Shown: in pieces, positions 23,724 through 35,398 of the stretch
Position numbering within the stretch: position 1 is the first letter of the stretch
How the letters are laid out: each line of letters opens with the position of its first letter
DNA from: an uncultured Gemmatimonadales bacterium
GTDB lineage: Bacteria; Gemmatimonadota; Gemmatimonadetes; Gemmatimonadales; Gemmatimonadaceae
Reading direction: 5' to 3'
NCBI GenBank assembly: GCA_963851265.1
Contig: CAWKNZ010000002.1
Coordinates: forward strand, 1,408,001 to 1,472,000
DNA: 64,000 bases
Notes under the pieces: model-generated
Seen by the model: the letters and a program-made list of their open reading frames with translations, nothing else
Told to the model about the DNA's origin: nothing
The model's database searches: none
Made by a program: the position numbers and the translations under genes

Positions 23724-23753
23724 AATAAAAAATGTGGGGGGCTTCCCCACATT
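23724..23753 (-). promoter_or_regulatory. rimP leader hairpin/attenuator
   Basis: Minus strand AATGTGGGGAAGCCCCCCACATTTTTTATT, a GGG/CCC stem plus U-tract upstream of rimP, like the widely conserved rimP leader. Confidence 0.75.
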
Positions 23754-23786
23754 CCTTGCCGCAGCCCCTGGCTGTGGCACCTGTGC

Positions 23787-23815
23787 AACGTAGGCAGCGG
23801 CTCGGAGAGCGTCAA
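23787..23815 (-). promoter_or_regulatory. sigma70-type promoter of the rimP-nusA-infB operon
   Basis: TTGACG-N17-TACGTT. Confidence 0.75.
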
Positions 23816-23852
23816 TGCCACGGTTGCCACAGCCGCGCCCGCTCCCCCGCTT

Positions 23853-24608
23853 TCAGCCTCCTCGAATTACCCCGACCTGGCGCCCAGGATCCCCGGCGCG
23901 ATGGGAGTAGAACAGGTCGTTGTCGCAGCGGGTGCAGCGGTCGGTGGTGAAACACTCCCGTACCCCCGCGGCACGTGCCTGTCGCGCGATGAGCGCATCG
24001 AGCGCGACCGTGGTGGGCACGTCGACGCTGCACCCGGTGAGCCGGGCGTACACGTCCGGGCTCACCTCATAACACGCGCCGCAGATGGCCGGGCCCGTCA
24101 GCACACGCAGTTCGGCCGCCGGGTAGCCGAACTCCGCGAGCCGCCGGATCGCAGCCGGCACGATCTCCAGCGCCGTCCCGCGCCACCCCGAGTGGAGGAG
24201 CGCAGCCGCGCCCGAAGGGTGCGCGATGTACACGGGCACGCAGTCGGCGACGGTCACCGCGAGCGCGGTCCCACGAGCGGGCGCGACGTGCCCGTCGGCC
24301 GCGGGTCCGCGCAGCCATCCCCGCCAGACGTCGCCGTGGACGATCAGCTCGGCGCCGTGGACCTGGCGCGCCGTCGCGAAACGACCCGCCTCTCCGCCCG
24401 CGGCGAACTGCTGCAGGGCTGCCCAGCGGTCGAGCACCGCTCCGACCGGCGCGTCTCCGGCGGTGGCGAACGAGCCCGCCGCGCGCGTGGTCACGATCGC
24501 GGCGACGTTCCAGTCGGTGAAGACGTCGAACTCGAGGTACTCACCCTCGCGCCCGGCGCGAGTCGTGGTCGCCACCGGCACGGCCACGGCGGACAGGTCG
24601 GCCCGCAC
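23853..24608 (-). CDS. pgeF: PgeF/YfiH (laccase-domain, purine nucleoside phosphorylase) protein; start uncertain
   Basis: QVHG, ADG, VADCVPV, HSGWRG, GPAICGACYEV, CTRC, YSHR. Confidence 0.9.
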   Translation of the reverse strand: MRADLSAVAVPVATTTRAGREGEYLEFDVFTDWNVAAIVTTRAAGSFATAGDAPVGAVLDRWAALQQFAAGGEAGRFATARQVHGAELIVHGDVWRGWLRGPAADGHVAPARGTALAVTVADCVPVYIAHPSGAAALLHSGWRGTALEIVPAAIRRLAEFGYPAAELRVLTGPAICGACYEVSPDVYARLTGCSVDVPTTVALDALIARQARAAGVRECFTTDRCTRCDNDLFYSHRAGDPGRQVGVIRGG

Positions 24609-24615
24609 GGCCGCG

Positions 24616-25926
24616 TTACGCCGTGCGCCGGTTTTCGACGCGCTGGATCTGCGCGCCGAGCGCGCCGAGCCGCTCGTCGATGCGCTCGTAGCCGCGCTCG
24701 ATCTGGCCGACGTTGTTGATGATGCTCGTGCCGTTCGCGCAGAGGGCGGCGAGGAGCATCGCCATGCCCGCACGGATGTCCGGTGATTCCATCGTCGCGC
24801 CGCGCAGCGCCGACGGACCGGCGACGATCGCGCGATGCGGGTCACAGAGGACGATGCGCGCGCCCATTCCGATGAGCTTGTCGACGAAGAACATCCGCGA
24901 CTCGAACATCTTCTCGTGCATGAGGACCATGCCCTCGCACTGCGTGGCCGTCACGATCGCGATCGACATCGTATCGGCCGGGAACGCCGGCCATGGCTGG
25001 TCCGAGATGGTCGGGACGTGTCCGCCGAGGTCCGATTGGATCTGGCGCGACTGCTCGGCCGGGACGACGAGGTCCCGACCGTCGACGCGGCACTCGATGC
25101 CGAGGCGCTCGAAGCCCATGAGCGTGGACCGGAGGTACTCGACGCCCGCGTCCTCGATGCGCAGTTCGGACGCCGTGACGGCCGCGAGGCCGATGAACGA
25201 ACCGACCTCGATATGGTCGGGTCCGATCCGGTGCGTGGCAGACCCGAGTGTCGCGTCGCCGGCGACGGTCATCGTGTTGGTTCCGATTCCCTCGATCCGG
25301 GCGCCGAGCGCGACGAGAAAGCGGGCGAGGTCCTGGACGTGGGGCTCGCTCGCCGCGTTCCGGAGCACCGTCTGTCCGCGCGCAACGACGGCGGCCATGA
25401 GCGCGTTTTCCGTCGCCGTCACGCTCGGCTCGTCGAGGAACACGTCCGCGCCGTGGAGCGCGTCGGCTTCGAGCGTGATCTGCGCATCGACCGTGTAGCG
25501 CGCGCCGAGCTGTTCGAGCGCGAGGAAATGCGTGTCGAGGCGGCGGCGGCCGATCACGTCGCCGCCCGGCGGCGGCAGGGTGACGCGCCCGCACCGGCCG
25601 AGGAGCGGGCCGGCGAGCAGGATCGAGCCACGAATGCGGCGCGCGAGGTCTCGATCGAGTTCGGCCGGGACCACCTGCCTCGCGTGGACGTGCAGGGTGT
25701 TCCGTTCGACCCACTCGATGGAGGGACCGAGGGAACGAACGAGTTCGACGAGCGTCTCGAGGTCGCGGATTCGCGGGACGTTCTCGAGCGTGACGGGATG
25801 CTCGGTCAGAAGCGTCGCGGCGACGATCGGGAGCGCGGCGTTCTTGTTGCCGGACGGGCGAATGCTGCCGGCGAGCCGGCGCCCGCCTTCGACCACGAAC
25901 TGCACCGCCGACGGCGTGTTGGCCAT
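24616..25926 (-). CDS. murA: UDP-N-acetylglucosamine 1-carboxyvinyltransferase
   Basis: [53 protein letters not shown]. Confidence 0.97.
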   Translation of the reverse strand: MANTPSAVQFVVEGGRRLAGSIRPSGNKNAALPIVAATLLTEHPVTLENVPRIRDLETLVELVRSLGPSIEWVERNTLHVHARQVVPAELDRDLARRIRGSILLAGPLLGRCGRVTLPPPGGDVIGRRRLDTHFLALEQLGARYTVDAQITLEADALHGADVFLDEPSVTATENALMAAVVARGQTVLRNAASEPHVQDLARFLVALGARIEGIGTNTMTVAGDATLGSATHRIGPDHIEVGSFIGLAAVTASELRIEDAGVEYLRSTLMGFERLGIECRVDGRDLVVPAEQSRQIQSDLGGHVPTISDQPWPAFPADTMSIAIVTATQCEGMVLMHEKMFESRMFFVDKLIGMGARIVLCDPHRAIVAGPSALRGATMESPDIRAGMAMLLAALCANGTSIINNVGQIERGYERIDERLGALGAQIQRVENRRTA

Positions 25927-26027
25927 GTTGCGAAACGGACGAGAACGACGTTGAAGCGGCGCGCGGTGCGCGCCGCGGCGGCGCGGGCGCGGCGCCCGAC
26001 GCGGAGCGGTCGCGGCGGCGGCGTCGC

Positions 26028-26057
26028 TTGACGCCCGCCCCGCGGCCGGCGTACGAT
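26028..26057 (+). promoter_or_regulatory. Putative sigma70 promoter of the DUF948-like cluster
   Basis: TTGACG-N18-TACGAT. Confidence 0.55.
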
Positions 26058-26116
26058 AGCCCGACCCCGGCCGCTGCCCAAGGCCGACGTGCCACACCCG
26101 GACCGCCGCCCTACCC

Positions 26117-26839
26117 TTGTCATTTCTGGCTTTCGCGGCAGCGCCGCTCGCCGCGGCCGGCGCCGCCCTCGTCGCGGCTGCCCCGGGCGACACGGCGGTC
26201 GCGCGCGTGGTGCCGTTCGAGCCGGAGTGGTTCGTCCGCCTGGCCGACGTGCTGCGCCTGCTGCTCTCGGTCGTGGCCGTCGCCCTACTGGCGGTGCTGA
26301 CGGTCGCGGCGTGGAAGTTCAGGAACACGTACGACCTCGTTCGGCGCCTGCTCGATCGCGCGTCGGTCGACGTCGCGCCGCTCACACAGCGCGCCACGCG
26401 GATCGCCGGGAACGTGGACGACGTCGTGTCGCGCGTGCGAAGCGACGTCGAGCGGGTCTCCGCACTGGTGTCGCGCACCGAGCAGCGCCTCGAAGAAACG
26501 CTCGCGCGGGCCGAGGCGCGCGCGCGCGACCTCGAGGCGCTGCTCGACGTGGCGGAGGCCGAGGCGCGGGAATCGCTCGTCGCCGCGGCATCGACCGTCG
26601 CAGCGGTGCGCGAGGGATTCGCCGTGCTCCGCCACGAGCTCGTCGGCGTCGCGCGCGGCGAGATCGACGCGGTGCGTGATCGAGGCCCGCGCAATGCAGC
26701 TGACCTCCGCACGGACGACGCCGACGAACACGCCGGCGCGCTCGGCGCCGACGCCAGTCACATCGACGACGCGCCATCCATCGACGCCGAAGGCGGCGAG
26801 GCGCCCGCGCAGCCCCGCATTCGGACACGTCGCGGTTGA
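26117..26839 (+). CDS. Membrane-anchored coiled-coil protein (DUF948/YtxG-like); start uncertain
   Basis: One hydrophobic helix ([19 protein letters not shown]) followed by heptad-like helical region and acidic tail. Confidence 0.6.
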   Translation: MSFLAFAAAPLAAAGAALVAAAPGDTAVARVVPFEPEWFVRLADVLRLLLSVVAVALLAVLTVAAWKFRNTYDLVRRLLDRASVDVAPLTQRATRIAGNVDDVVSRVRSDVERVSALVSRTEQRLEETLARAEARARDLEALLDVAEAEARESLVAAASTVAAVREGFAVLRHELVGVARGEIDAVRDRGPRNAADLRTDDADEHAGALGADASHIDDAPSIDAEGGEAPAQPRIRTRRG

Positions 26840-26872
26840 AGGCGGCGTTTTTCGCTCAATCTTTCCGATACG

Positions 26873-27322
26873 ATGACACACCAATCGACCACCGCTCGAC
26901 CGCCCCGCGACGCGTCGCGCGAAGATGCCGACGACGCCCTTCTCGACGGCGACGACGACGCGGTGCTCCGCGACGCGAGCGCGCTGGTCGCGGCGGGTCT
27001 CGTCGGTGCGGCGCTCGGCGCCGCGATCGGCTGGCTCGCCAGCCGGTCCATCGCGGGCCATACCGACGAGCCGCTACTCGAGCGCGCGGAACGGGCCTGG
27101 GACGAGGGAGTGGCCGAACCGGTGAGGGACGCGGCACGCCGGGCGCGCCGCGGGGCCGCGCGTGCGCCGCGTGCGGCGGAGCCGTTCAACGACATCGCGA
27201 CGGTGGCACAACGTGCGGCCGAGTCGCTGGAACGCTCGCGCGCGGAGGTCGAACGTCAGTTGGAGCGCGGACTTCGCGACTTGCGTCGGGCCGCGCGTCA
27301 CGCCGCACGCCGGGTCGGGTGA
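26873..27322 (+). CDS. YtxH-like protein
   Basis: Gly-zipper helix LVAAGLVGAALGAAIGWLA followed by a charged amphipathic helix. Confidence 0.55.
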   Translation: MTHQSTTARPPRDASREDADDALLDGDDDAVLRDASALVAAGLVGAALGAAIGWLASRSIAGHTDEPLLERAERAWDEGVAEPVRDAARRARRGAARAPRAAEPFNDIATVAQRAAESLERSRAEVERQLERGLRDLRRAARHAARRVG

Positions 27323-28260
27323 AGGAACTCGCCCTCACCCTCGTCCTCGTCACGGCGGCCTGCGTCGTCGCCGTGGCGCTCACCCCGGCCGTCGCGCACG
27401 CGTGGACCCCGGGCACGCACGTGTTCCTCGGCGACGCGGTCCTGCGCGTGCTCGACCTGCTGCCGAACGCCGTAGCCGCGCTCCTGCGCGAGTTCCCGAA
27501 CGATTTTCTGTACGGATCGATCGCCGCCGATACGAGCATCGCGAAGAAGTACGTACCGGTCGGGCGGCACTGCCATTCGTGGCAGGTCGGCCACGAGATC
27601 GCGGCCGAAGCTCCCGACGCGGCGCTCCGCGCGTTCGCGCTCGGATACCAGGCGCATCTCGCGGCCGACGCGGTCGCGCACAACTATTTCGTTCCGCGGC
27701 AACTGGCGGTCACGGCGAGCACGTCGGCGCTCGGACACAGTTATTGGGAGAGTCGGTTCGAGACGCACCTCGCGGAGGGTGCGGCGCGACGCGCGCGCGA
27801 GCTCATCCTCCTCGACCACTCCGCGGCCGACGGACATCTCGACCGGATTCTCAGCCCCACGATCTTCAGCACGCCGACCAACCGCCGAATCTTCCGCGGT
27901 ATGGTGCACGCGGCCGACAGCGACTCGTGGCAGCGCATCTTCGGGCTGATGACCGAGAATAGCCGGTGGGAGCTGACCGACGAGGAAGTCGCGCCGTACA
28001 TCACGCGGTCGTTCGACTACATCGTCGACTGGCTACGGCGCGGCGCAGAGTCGGAGCCCGCGCGGCTCGATCCGTCGGGGGACGACGCGCTGAGTCAGGC
28101 GAAGCGCGTGCGGCGCGCCGCGCTCCGGGCGGGTGGTGCGGTCGCGGCGCGCCGCGAGGCGGAGCGCCGCTTCGGGATGCCACCGACCACGCTGACCTAC
28201 GCGGCCGACGTCCCGTCGTCGCTGCTCAGTCTGGGATCCGGGCGGCGAGTAGCGCGTTGA
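27319..28260 (+). CDS. Zinc-dependent phospholipase C/S1-P1 superfamily protein
   Basis: Signal peptide ending AHA, then W-TPGT-H; GSIAAD, GYQAHLAADAVAH and HSYWE Zn-ligand pattern. Confidence 0.8.
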   Translation: MKELALTLVLVTAACVVAVALTPAVAHAWTPGTHVFLGDAVLRVLDLLPNAVAALLREFPNDFLYGSIAADTSIAKKYVPVGRHCHSWQVGHEIAAEAPDAALRAFALGYQAHLAADAVAHNYFVPRQLAVTASTSALGHSYWESRFETHLAEGAARRARELILLDHSAADGHLDRILSPTIFSTPTNRRIFRGMVHAADSDSWQRIFGLMTENSRWELTDEEVAPYITRSFDYIVDWLRRGAESEPARLDPSGDDALSQAKRVRRAALRAGGAVAARREAERRFGMPPTTLTYAADVPSSLLSLGSGRRVAR

Positions 28261-29707
28261 GGCGCTTCGGGTCCGCGGTGCCCTTCGACTTCTTCATCAC
28301 GAGCCCGACCAGCACGCCCTGCAGCTTGCGCTCACCGGCGAGGTAGCGTCGGGCCTCGTCGGGGCGCTCGTCGAACACCTCGTCGATCCACTTCCGCAGC
28401 GGCGCGTCGTCGCTCACCTGGGTGAGCTTGTCGCGCTCGGCGATCCGGGCCGGTGCCTCGCCCGTGCGACGCATCACGTTGAACACCGCGGTGCCGGCCG
28501 CGCGGCTGAGCGACCCGTCGCGGACCATCCCGAGCAACGCCGCGAGATCGTCCGGTCTCACGCGGACCGCGAACTGGTGCGGCGACTCACCCGTCTCGTT
28601 GAGCGCGGTGAGCACGTCGCGCGTGACCCAATTCGCGGCGGCCTTCGCGTCGCCGTGGATGCGCGCGACCGACTCGTAGTAGTCGGCGAGCGTGGGGTCG
28701 GCCGCGAGCACGTCGACGTCCTGGAGCGACAGGCCGTGCTCCTTGCGCATGCGGGCGCGCCGCGCGACGGGAAGCTCGGGCAGTGCGGCACGCTGTGCGT
28801 CGATCCAGTCCTGCGTCAGCAGGAGCGGCGGCAGGTCCGGCTCGGGGAAGTATCGATAGTCGTGGCTTCCTTCCTTGGAGCGCGCGGGACGGACCTCGTT
28901 GCGCGCGGCGTTCCAGAGCATCGTCTGCTGCTCGACGCGGCCGCCCTCGGCGAGGAGCGCGCACTGGCGCGCGAACTCGACCTCGAGCGCGCGCTCGACA
29001 CCCGAGAACGAGTTCATGTTCTTGATCTCGCACTTGGTCCCGAGCTTCTGCTCGCCGTGCCGGCGTGCGCTGACGTTCGCGTCGACACGGAGCGAACCCT
29101 CCTCCATGCTCGCGTCGCTCGCGCCGACGTACTGCACGAGCTGCTTGAGCGCGCGCAGGTATGCGCCCGCCTCGGCCGACGAGCGCATGTCGGGCTCGCT
29201 CACGATCTCGACCAGCGGCACCCCGGCGCGGTTGAGGTCGATGGCCGTCTCGCGCGGGAATCGGTCGTGGAGCGACTTGCCCGCGTCCTCCTCCATGTGG
29301 ACGCGCGTGACGCCGACCGTGATCGGCGAGCCGGCGTCGGTCTCGCCGATCTGCACCGAGCCGCCGGTCGCGAGCGGCCGGTCGAACTGCGAGATCTGGT
29401 AGCCTTTGGGCAGGTCGGGGTAGAAGTAGTTCTTGCGCGCGAAAATCGAGACGGGGTGGACCGTGCACCCGAGTGCGAGGGCGGCGCGCGTCGCGAGTTC
29501 AACGGCGCGGCGGTTGAGCACCGGGAGCGCCCCCGGGAGTGCGAGGCAGACGGGGCACGTGTTCGCGTTGGGCGCGTCGCCGAACGCCGTCGGACAGTTA
29601 CAGAACGCTTTCGTCCGGGTGTCGAGCTGCAGGTGCACCTCGAGCCCGACCACCATTTCGTAGTCGCGCGTCCAGTCGGCCGCGCGCGCGCGCGCCGGCG
29701 CGGTCAC
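28226..29707 (-). CDS. gatB: Asp/Glu-tRNA amidotransferase subunit B
   Basis: [56 protein letters not shown]. Confidence 0.98.
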   Translation of the reverse strand: MTAPARARAADWTRDYEMVVGLEVHLQLDTRTKAFCNCPTAFGDAPNANTCPVCLALPGALPVLNRRAVELATRAALALGCTVHPVSIFARKNYFYPDLPKGYQISQFDRPLATGGSVQIGETDAGSPITVGVTRVHMEEDAGKSLHDRFPRETAIDLNRAGVPLVEIVSEPDMRSSAEAGAYLRALKQLVQYVGASDASMEEGSLRVDANVSARRHGEQKLGTKCEIKNMNSFSGVERALEVEFARQCALLAEGGRVEQQTMLWNAARNEVRPARSKEGSHDYRYFPEPDLPPLLLTQDWIDAQRAALPELPVARRARMRKEHGLSLQDVDVLAADPTLADYYESVARIHGDAKAAANWVTRDVLTALNETGESPHQFAVRVRPDDLAALLGMVRDGSLSRAAGTAVFNVMRRTGEAPARIAERDKLTQVSDDAPLRKWIDEVFDERPDEARRYLAGERKLQGVLVGLVMKKSKGTADPKRLNALLAARIPD

Positions 29708-31203
29708 GCGACGCCTCCCGCGGCGACGCTCGGAACGGCGAGCGCGCGTTCGAGCGCGCCGGCCGCGCGGAACATCGTCGCCTCGCCGAAGTGCGGAGCG
29801 ATGATCTGGCCGCCGACCGGCAGGCCGGCGACGGCGCCGATCGGCACGCTCATCGCGGGCACGCCCGCGAGGTTGGCGGTCGCGGTGAAGATGTCGCTGA
29901 GGTACATCTCGTACGGGTCGGACAGGGCGCCTAACGGGAACGCCGTGGTGGGCGTCGTGGGCGTGAACAGGAGGTCGACGCCGTCGAACGCGCGGGCGAA
30001 GTCGCCGGCGATCAGCCCGCGCACCTCCTGCGCCTTGCGGTAGTACGCGTCGTAGTAGCCGTGAGATAGCACGTAGGTGCCGAGCAGGATGCGCCGGGTG
30101 ACCTCGGGGCCGAAGCCCTCCTCGCGCGTGCGCTCGTACAGCGCGCGGAGCGAGTCGGACGCCGCGCGCGGTCCGTAGCGCACGCCGTCGAAGCGCGCGA
30201 GGTTACTCGACGCCTCGGCGGGCGCGAGGATGTAGTAGACCGGGATCGCGAGGTCGGTGTGCGGCAGCGACACGTCCTTCACCGTCGCGCCCAACGCGCG
30301 CAGCCGGTCGAACGCGGCGTCGGTGAGCTCGCGGATGGCCGGGTCGAGCCGCTCCGGGAAGTACTCCCTCGGGCGCCCGATCTTGAGCCCGTGGAGCGGG
30401 CCGCCGTGCGCCGTCCCCTCGGCGCTGTCGAACTGCAGCGACGGTACGGGGACGTCGGCGCTCGTCGCGTCGTGCGGGTCGCGGCCGCTGATGACCTCCA
30501 GCGCGAGCGCGGCGTCGTCGACGGTGCGGCCGAACACGCCGACCTGGTCGAGCGAGGACGCGAAGGCGACGAGCCCGTACCGGCTCACGCGGCCGTAGGT
30601 CGGCTTGACGCCGACGACGCCGCAGAACGCGGCCGGCTGCCGTACCGACCCGCCGGTCTCCGAGCCTAACGCGATGCGCACCACGCCCGCGGCGACCGCG
30701 GCGGCCGAGCCGCCGGAGGACCCGCCCGGGACGCGCGACGGGTCGACCGGGTTGCGCGTCGGTCCGTAGGCCGAGTGCTCGGTGGAGGAGCCCATCGCGA
30801 ACTCGTCCATGTTGGTCTTGCCGACGACCACCGCGCCCGCGTCGAGCAGGCGGGCGACCGCAGTGGCCTCGTAGGGGCTCACGTAGCCGGCGAGGACCTT
30901 CGAGCCGCACGTCGTGTGCAGCGCGAGGTCGGCGAGGTTGTCCTTGACGGCGACGGGAACGCCGGCGAGCGCGCCGGTGTGCGGGAGGCGCGCGGCGTCG
31001 CCGGACGCGCTACGGTCGCGGGCGGCCGACATCGCCGCCTGCGGCGTCGCGTGGAGGTCGACGAAGGCGCGGATGTCGGCGGCTTCGAGGCGCGCGGCCG
31101 CGGCGAGGCTCGCCGTGACCGCCGCGTCGCGCGCGAGGGAGCCCGAGCGGACCGCGTCGCCTAACGTGGCCGCGGGGAGGTCGAGGAGGTCGAGTGCGCT
31201 CAC
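29704..31203 (-). CDS. gatA: Asp/Glu-tRNA amidotransferase subunit A
   Basis: [62 protein letters not shown]. Confidence 0.98.
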   Translation of the reverse strand: MSALDLLDLPAATLGDAVRSGSLARDAAVTASLAAAARLEAADIRAFVDLHATPQAAMSAARDRSASGDAARLPHTGALAGVPVAVKDNLADLALHTTCGSKVLAGYVSPYEATAVARLLDAGAVVVGKTNMDEFAMGSSTEHSAYGPTRNPVDPSRVPGGSSGGSAAAVAAGVVRIALGSETGGSVRQPAAFCGVVGVKPTYGRVSRYGLVAFASSLDQVGVFGRTVDDAALALEVISGRDPHDATSADVPVPSLQFDSAEGTAHGGPLHGLKIGRPREYFPERLDPAIRELTDAAFDRLRALGATVKDVSLPHTDLAIPVYYILAPAEASSNLARFDGVRYGPRAASDSLRALYERTREEGFGPEVTRRILLGTYVLSHGYYDAYYRKAQEVRGLIAGDFARAFDGVDLLFTPTTPTTAFPLGALSDPYEMYLSDIFTATANLAGVPAMSVPIGAVAGLPVGGQIIAPHFGEATMFRAAGALERALAVPSVAAGGVA

Positions 31204-31586
31204 GCGTTCTCTCCCCCGTCGAGCGCGCTCGCGTCGTCGGCGTCGTCGACTGAACTTTCGGCCGAGGGGTCGAGCTCGCCCGCGCTCGCGCCGAGTGCCG
31301 TGTGGGTCGCGAGCCGTGGGACAAGGAAGAATCCCGCGCGCATGCTCGGGGCGAAGTCGGTCCGCGGGTGGGCGAGCGGGTACTGCGGGCCCGCGTCGTC
31401 GCGGAGCGGCATCCCGCCCGAGCCGACGCCGGCGACCGCCGGCCCGTCCGTCTTGACGCGCTGCAGCGCGTCCATGTGCACGAGGATCCCGTTGAGCTCC
31501 GCCACGAGCGCGGGTACCCGCGCGTCGTCGACGCCGAGCCGTGCGAGCGCCGCGACGTGGCGCACGTCCTGTTCCGAAACCGCCAC
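31200..31586 (-). CDS. gatC: Asp/Glu-tRNA amidotransferase subunit C (acidic C-terminal extension)
   Basis: [22 protein letters not shown]; directly upstream of gatA. Confidence 0.92.
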   Translation of the reverse strand: MAVSEQDVRHVAALARLGVDDARVPALVAELNGILVHMDALQRVKTDGPAVAGVGSGGMPLRDDAGPQYPLAHPRTDFAPSMRAGFFLVPRLATHTALGASAGELDPSAESSVDDADDASALDGGENA

Positions 31587-34028
31587 TCAATCCCACCCGC
31601 GTTCGAGGTTCGCCTGCGCGACGACGAGCGTCTTGCGGCCGACCGCCGCGTCGTCGAAGTCGACGCGTACTTTCGCGTCGCGGCCGGTGCCGGTCACCTC
31701 GGCCACCGTCCCCGAGCCGAACTTCCGGTGCGTGACACGCGCGCCCTGCCGCAGCACGGCCGCGTCCTGCGATTCATCGGCCGGGTCGGGGTTCGCGGGG
31801 CGCCGGCGGACGACGGGCCCCGGCAGTGGCGTCGACACCGGCGTGCCGGTCTTCCGCGTGAAGAACGGCGCGTCGTCGTCCTCGTCGCGGGCCGCCGGGC
31901 GGCCGCCCAACGGGACGGCGCCGCCGCCGCCCGTGCTCGCACCGCTCCGCGACCAGCTACTGCGCCCCCAGCTGCCGCCGTCGCCGCGGCCGCGTCCCGA
32001 GTAGCCACCGCCGAGGTCGGCGAGGAACGCGCGGCCGGAGCTGCGCGCCTTGACTGTCAGCTTCTTGTCGAAGAGCTGGTCGGGAAGTCCGTCGAGGAAG
32101 CCCGACGGGCGGCCCTGCATCTTCTCGCCGTTCCGCAGGCGCTGTTCGGCGTGCAGCAGGTACAGCTTCTCTTCGGCGCGCGTGATCCCGACGTAGAACA
32201 GGCGGCGCTCCTCCTCGAGCTGCGCGGGGTCGTCGTAGGCGCGCGCGAGGGGAAACAATCCGTCCTCCAGGCCCGTGATGAACACGACGGGGAATTCGAG
32301 CCCCTTCGCGTTGTGCATCGTCATGAGCGTGACCGCGTCCGCGTCGGCCGCGAGGGCGTCCACGCCCGCGACGAGCGTGGCCTTCTGGAGGAAGTGGTCG
32401 AGCGGCGTGAGGCCGACTTCCCCGCCCTCGTCCGCGACCGTTTCGGCCGCGCCGTCGACGAGGGACTGGACGTTGAGCATGCGGTCCTGCCAGTCGGGGC
32501 CCTCGGCCTTGAGGTGGTCGCCGTACTTCGTCGCGGCGACGAGATCCTCGATGAGCTCGGGCACGCTCGCTTCGGGCGCGGCGGCGCGGAGGCGGTCGAC
32601 GAGCGTGACGAATTCGGCGAGCGGGGCCCGGGCCGCGGGGCGGAGCTGCGCCTGCACCTCGGCGCGCCGCGCGACGTCGAGCAGCGGCGCGCGCTCGCGC
32701 TCGGCGATCTCGGCCAGCAGGTCGAGCGACGTGTCTCCGATGCCGCGCTTCGGGACGTTGACGACGCGCCGGAACGCCTCGTTGTCGGCCGGATTGGCGA
32801 TCAGCTTGAGGTACGCCATCAGGTCGCGGATCTCGCGGCGGTCGTAGAAGCGGACTGCGCCCACGAGACGGTACGGCATCCCCCGGCGGCGCAGCGACTC
32901 TTCGAGCGACCGGCTCTGCGAGTTGGTGCGGTACAGGACCGCGAAGTGCCGCAGCACGCGCCCCTCTCCGGCGCGGCGCGCCGCGATCTCCTCCACCACG
33001 AAGTCGGCCTCGTCGCGGTCGTCGAGCGCGCCGACGAGCGACACGCGCTCGCCCGCGCCGCGGGTCGCGCGGAGGGTCTTGCCCCGGCGCGACGCGTTCG
33101 CGGCGATGACCGTGTTCGCGAGGTCGAGGACGTTCGGCGTCGAGCGATAATTCTCCTCGAGCTTCACCACCGCGGCGTTCGGAAACGTCTTCTCGAAGTC
33201 GAGGATGTTGCGCACGTCCGCACCGCGCCACCCGTAGATCGACTGGTCGTCGTCGCCCACGACCATCACGTTCCCGTGCTCGCCGCCCATCAGCCGGACG
33301 AACTCGAACTGCGCGTGGTTCGTGTCCTGGTACTCGTCGACGAGCACGTAGCGGAACCGCTCGCGGTAGTTGGCGAGCACCTGCGCGTGCTCGCGCAGGA
33401 TCTGCACCGGGAGCACGAGCAGGTCGTCGAACGTCACCGCGTTGGACTCGCGGAGCGCCGGCTCGAAGTCGAGGTAGAGCTTGGCGACCGTTCGCGTGAA
33501 CGGGTCGCCCGCGAGCTCCGCGTACTCGCGGGGCGGCACGAGCGCGTTCTTCGCGTCCGAGATGGCCGACAGCACCGCCTTCGGCGCGACTTCCTTGACC
33601 CCGATCTTGTGGCGCTCGAACAGCCGCTTCAGTGCGCCTAACGCGTCGTCCTCGTCGTAGATCGTGAAGTTGGGCGTGCGGCCGACGAGGTGCGCGTGCT
33701 GGCGCAGCAGTCGCGCGCCGATCGCGTGGAACGTGCCGACCCACATGCCGCGCGGCTCGAAGCCGAGGAAGCGCGCGATGCGGTCGCGCATCTCGCCCGC
33801 GGCCTTGTTGGTGAAGGTGACCGCGAGAATGCGCGCCGGGTCGACGCCGTGCTCCTGCACGAGTCGCGCGATGCGCGTCGTGAGCACGCGCGTCTTGCCC
33901 GAGCCCGCACCGGCGAGCACGAGCGCGGGTCCGTCGACGTGGAGGACGGCCTCGCGCTGGGCGGGGTTGAGGGTCGCGAGCGGGTCGGCCTGCGCGAACC
34001 GGGACGTGCTGGGGATGGGGTGCGGCAT
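31587..34028 (-). CDS. pcrA: UvrD/PcrA SF1 DNA helicase
   Basis: [61 protein letters not shown], and C-terminal HRKFGSG Tudor-like domain; ATG at 34028 preferred over TTG at 34037. Confidence 0.96.
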   Translation of the reverse strand: MPHPIPSTSRFAQADPLATLNPAQREAVLHVDGPALVLAGAGSGKTRVLTTRIARLVQEHGVDPARILAVTFTNKAAGEMRDRIARFLGFEPRGMWVGTFHAIGARLLRQHAHLVGRTPNFTIYDEDDALGALKRLFERHKIGVKEVAPKAVLSAISDAKNALVPPREYAELAGDPFTRTVAKLYLDFEPALRESNAVTFDDLLVLPVQILREHAQVLANYRERFRYVLVDEYQDTNHAQFEFVRLMGGEHGNVMVVGDDDQSIYGWRGADVRNILDFEKTFPNAAVVKLEENYRSTPNVLDLANTVIAANASRRGKTLRATRGAGERVSLVGALDDRDEADFVVEEIAARRAGEGRVLRHFAVLYRTNSQSRSLEESLRRRGMPYRLVGAVRFYDRREIRDLMAYLKLIANPADNEAFRRVVNVPKRGIGDTSLDLLAEIAERERAPLLDVARRAEVQAQLRPAARAPLAEFVTLVDRLRAAAPEASVPELIEDLVAATKYGDHLKAEGPDWQDRMLNVQSLVDGAAETVADEGGEVGLTPLDHFLQKATLVAGVDALAADADAVTLMTMHNAKGLEFPVVFITGLEDGLFPLARAYDDPAQLEEERRLFYVGITRAEEKLYLLHAEQRLRNGEKMQGRPSGFLDGLPDQLFDKKLTVKARSSGRAFLADLGGGYSGRGRGDGGSWGRSSWSRSGASTGGGGAVPLGGRPAARDEDDDAPFFTRKTGTPVSTPLPGPVVRRRPANPDPADESQDAAVLRQGARVTHRKFGSGTVAEVTGTGRDAKVRVDFDDAAVGRKTLVVAQANLERGWD

Positions 34029-34081
34029 CCCCGACAAGATAGCGCGGGCCGCGGAGGGCCCGCGCGCGGAGCGGCGGCGGG

Positions 34082-35362
34082 TCAGCCGCGCGCGAACCGG
34101 TCCGCGCCGACGAACGCGCGTAACGGCTCGGGCACGTTCACCGCGCCGTCGGCCGTCTGGTGCACCTCGAGCAGCGCCGCGATCACGCGGGGGAACGCCA
34201 GTCCGGAGCCGTTCAGCGTGTGCACGAAGCGCGGCTTCTCACCCGGCGCGGGGCGGTAGCGGATGTTCGCACGTCGCGCCTGAAAGTCGGTGAACAAGGA
34301 GCAGCTCGACACCTCGAGCCAGCGCCCGACGCCCGGCGCCCACACCTCGAGGTCGTACGTCTTCGCGCTGCTGAACCCCGTATCACCGGCCGCGAGTAGC
34401 ACCACACGGTACGGCAACTCCAGGCGTTGCAGCAGCCGCTCGGCGTGGCCGGTGAGCCGTTCCAGCTCGGCGGTGGACGCCTCCGGCGTGCTGTACCGTA
34501 CGAGCTCGACCTTGTCGAACTGGTGCAGGCGCTGGATGCCGCGCGTGTCCTTCCCCGCCGACCCGGCCTCCCGCCGGAAGCACGGGGTGTACGCGACGAA
34601 CGCTTTCGGCAGCTCGGCCGCGTCGAGCAGCTCGTCGCGGTACAGATTGGTCACCGGCACCTCGGCGGTCGGCGCGAGGAACAGGTCGTCGCCTGCGACG
34701 CGATACGCGTCGTCCTCGAACTTGGGGAGTTGGCCGGTACCGGTCATCGACGCGCGCGTGACGAGGGCGGGTGGCCACACCTCCTCGTAGCCGTGGTCGT
34801 CGGCGTGTGTGGTCATGCACCAGTTCAGCAGCGCACGGACGAGCCGCGCTCCGGCGCCGCGGTAGCAGGCGAAGCCCGATCCGCTCACCTTGGCGGCGCG
34901 CGCCATGTCGAACATGCCGAGCGCGGCGCCGACGTCCCAGTGCGGGCGGACCCCGTCCGGGTCGCGCGGTTCGCCCCACGTGCGCACGACGATGTTCGCG
35001 CGCTCGTCGCCGGCCGGCACGTCGTCGAGCGGGATGTTGGGCAGCTCGAGCAGGAGCGCATCCAGCTCCGCGTCCACGGCGGTCTGACGCGCGTCGCCGG
35101 CGGCGATCTCCTCGCCGAGCGTGCGTGCGGCCGCGACGAGATCGTCCGCGGGCTCCTTGGCGCGCTTGCGGCGCGCGACCTCCTGCGTGGTCGCGTTCCG
35201 CGCCGCCTTGCGCTCCTCGACCGTGGCGATGAGCGCGCGACGGTCGCGTTCGAGGGCCTCGAGGCGATCGAGGACCGGCGCGAGGGCGTCGAGCGAGCCG
35301 CGTCGGGCAAGACCGTCGCGAAGCCGGTCGGGGTGCTCGCGCAGGAGCTTCAGATCGTGCAT
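34082..35362 (-). CDS. serS: Seryl-tRNA synthetase
   Basis: GTGQLPKF, PTAEVP, CFRREAGSAGKDTRG, HQFDKVE, KTYDLEVW, HTLNGSGLA. Confidence 0.98.
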   Translation of the reverse strand: MHDLKLLREHPDRLRDGLARRGSLDALAPVLDRLEALERDRRALIATVEERKAARNATTQEVARRKRAKEPADDLVAAARTLGEEIAAGDARQTAVDAELDALLLELPNIPLDDVPAGDERANIVVRTWGEPRDPDGVRPHWDVGAALGMFDMARAAKVSGSGFACYRGAGARLVRALLNWCMTTHADDHGYEEVWPPALVTRASMTGTGQLPKFEDDAYRVAGDDLFLAPTAEVPVTNLYRDELLDAAELPKAFVAYTPCFRREAGSAGKDTRGIQRLHQFDKVELVRYSTPEASTAELERLTGHAERLLQRLELPYRVVLLAAGDTGFSSAKTYDLEVWAPGVGRWLEVSSCSLFTDFQARRANIRYRPAPGEKPRFVHTLNGSGLAFPRVIAALLEVHQTADGAVNVPEPLRAFVGADRFARG

Positions 35363-35398
35363 GGGGACGGGGCGGCGCGCGGCGGTCGGCCGCGCCGG

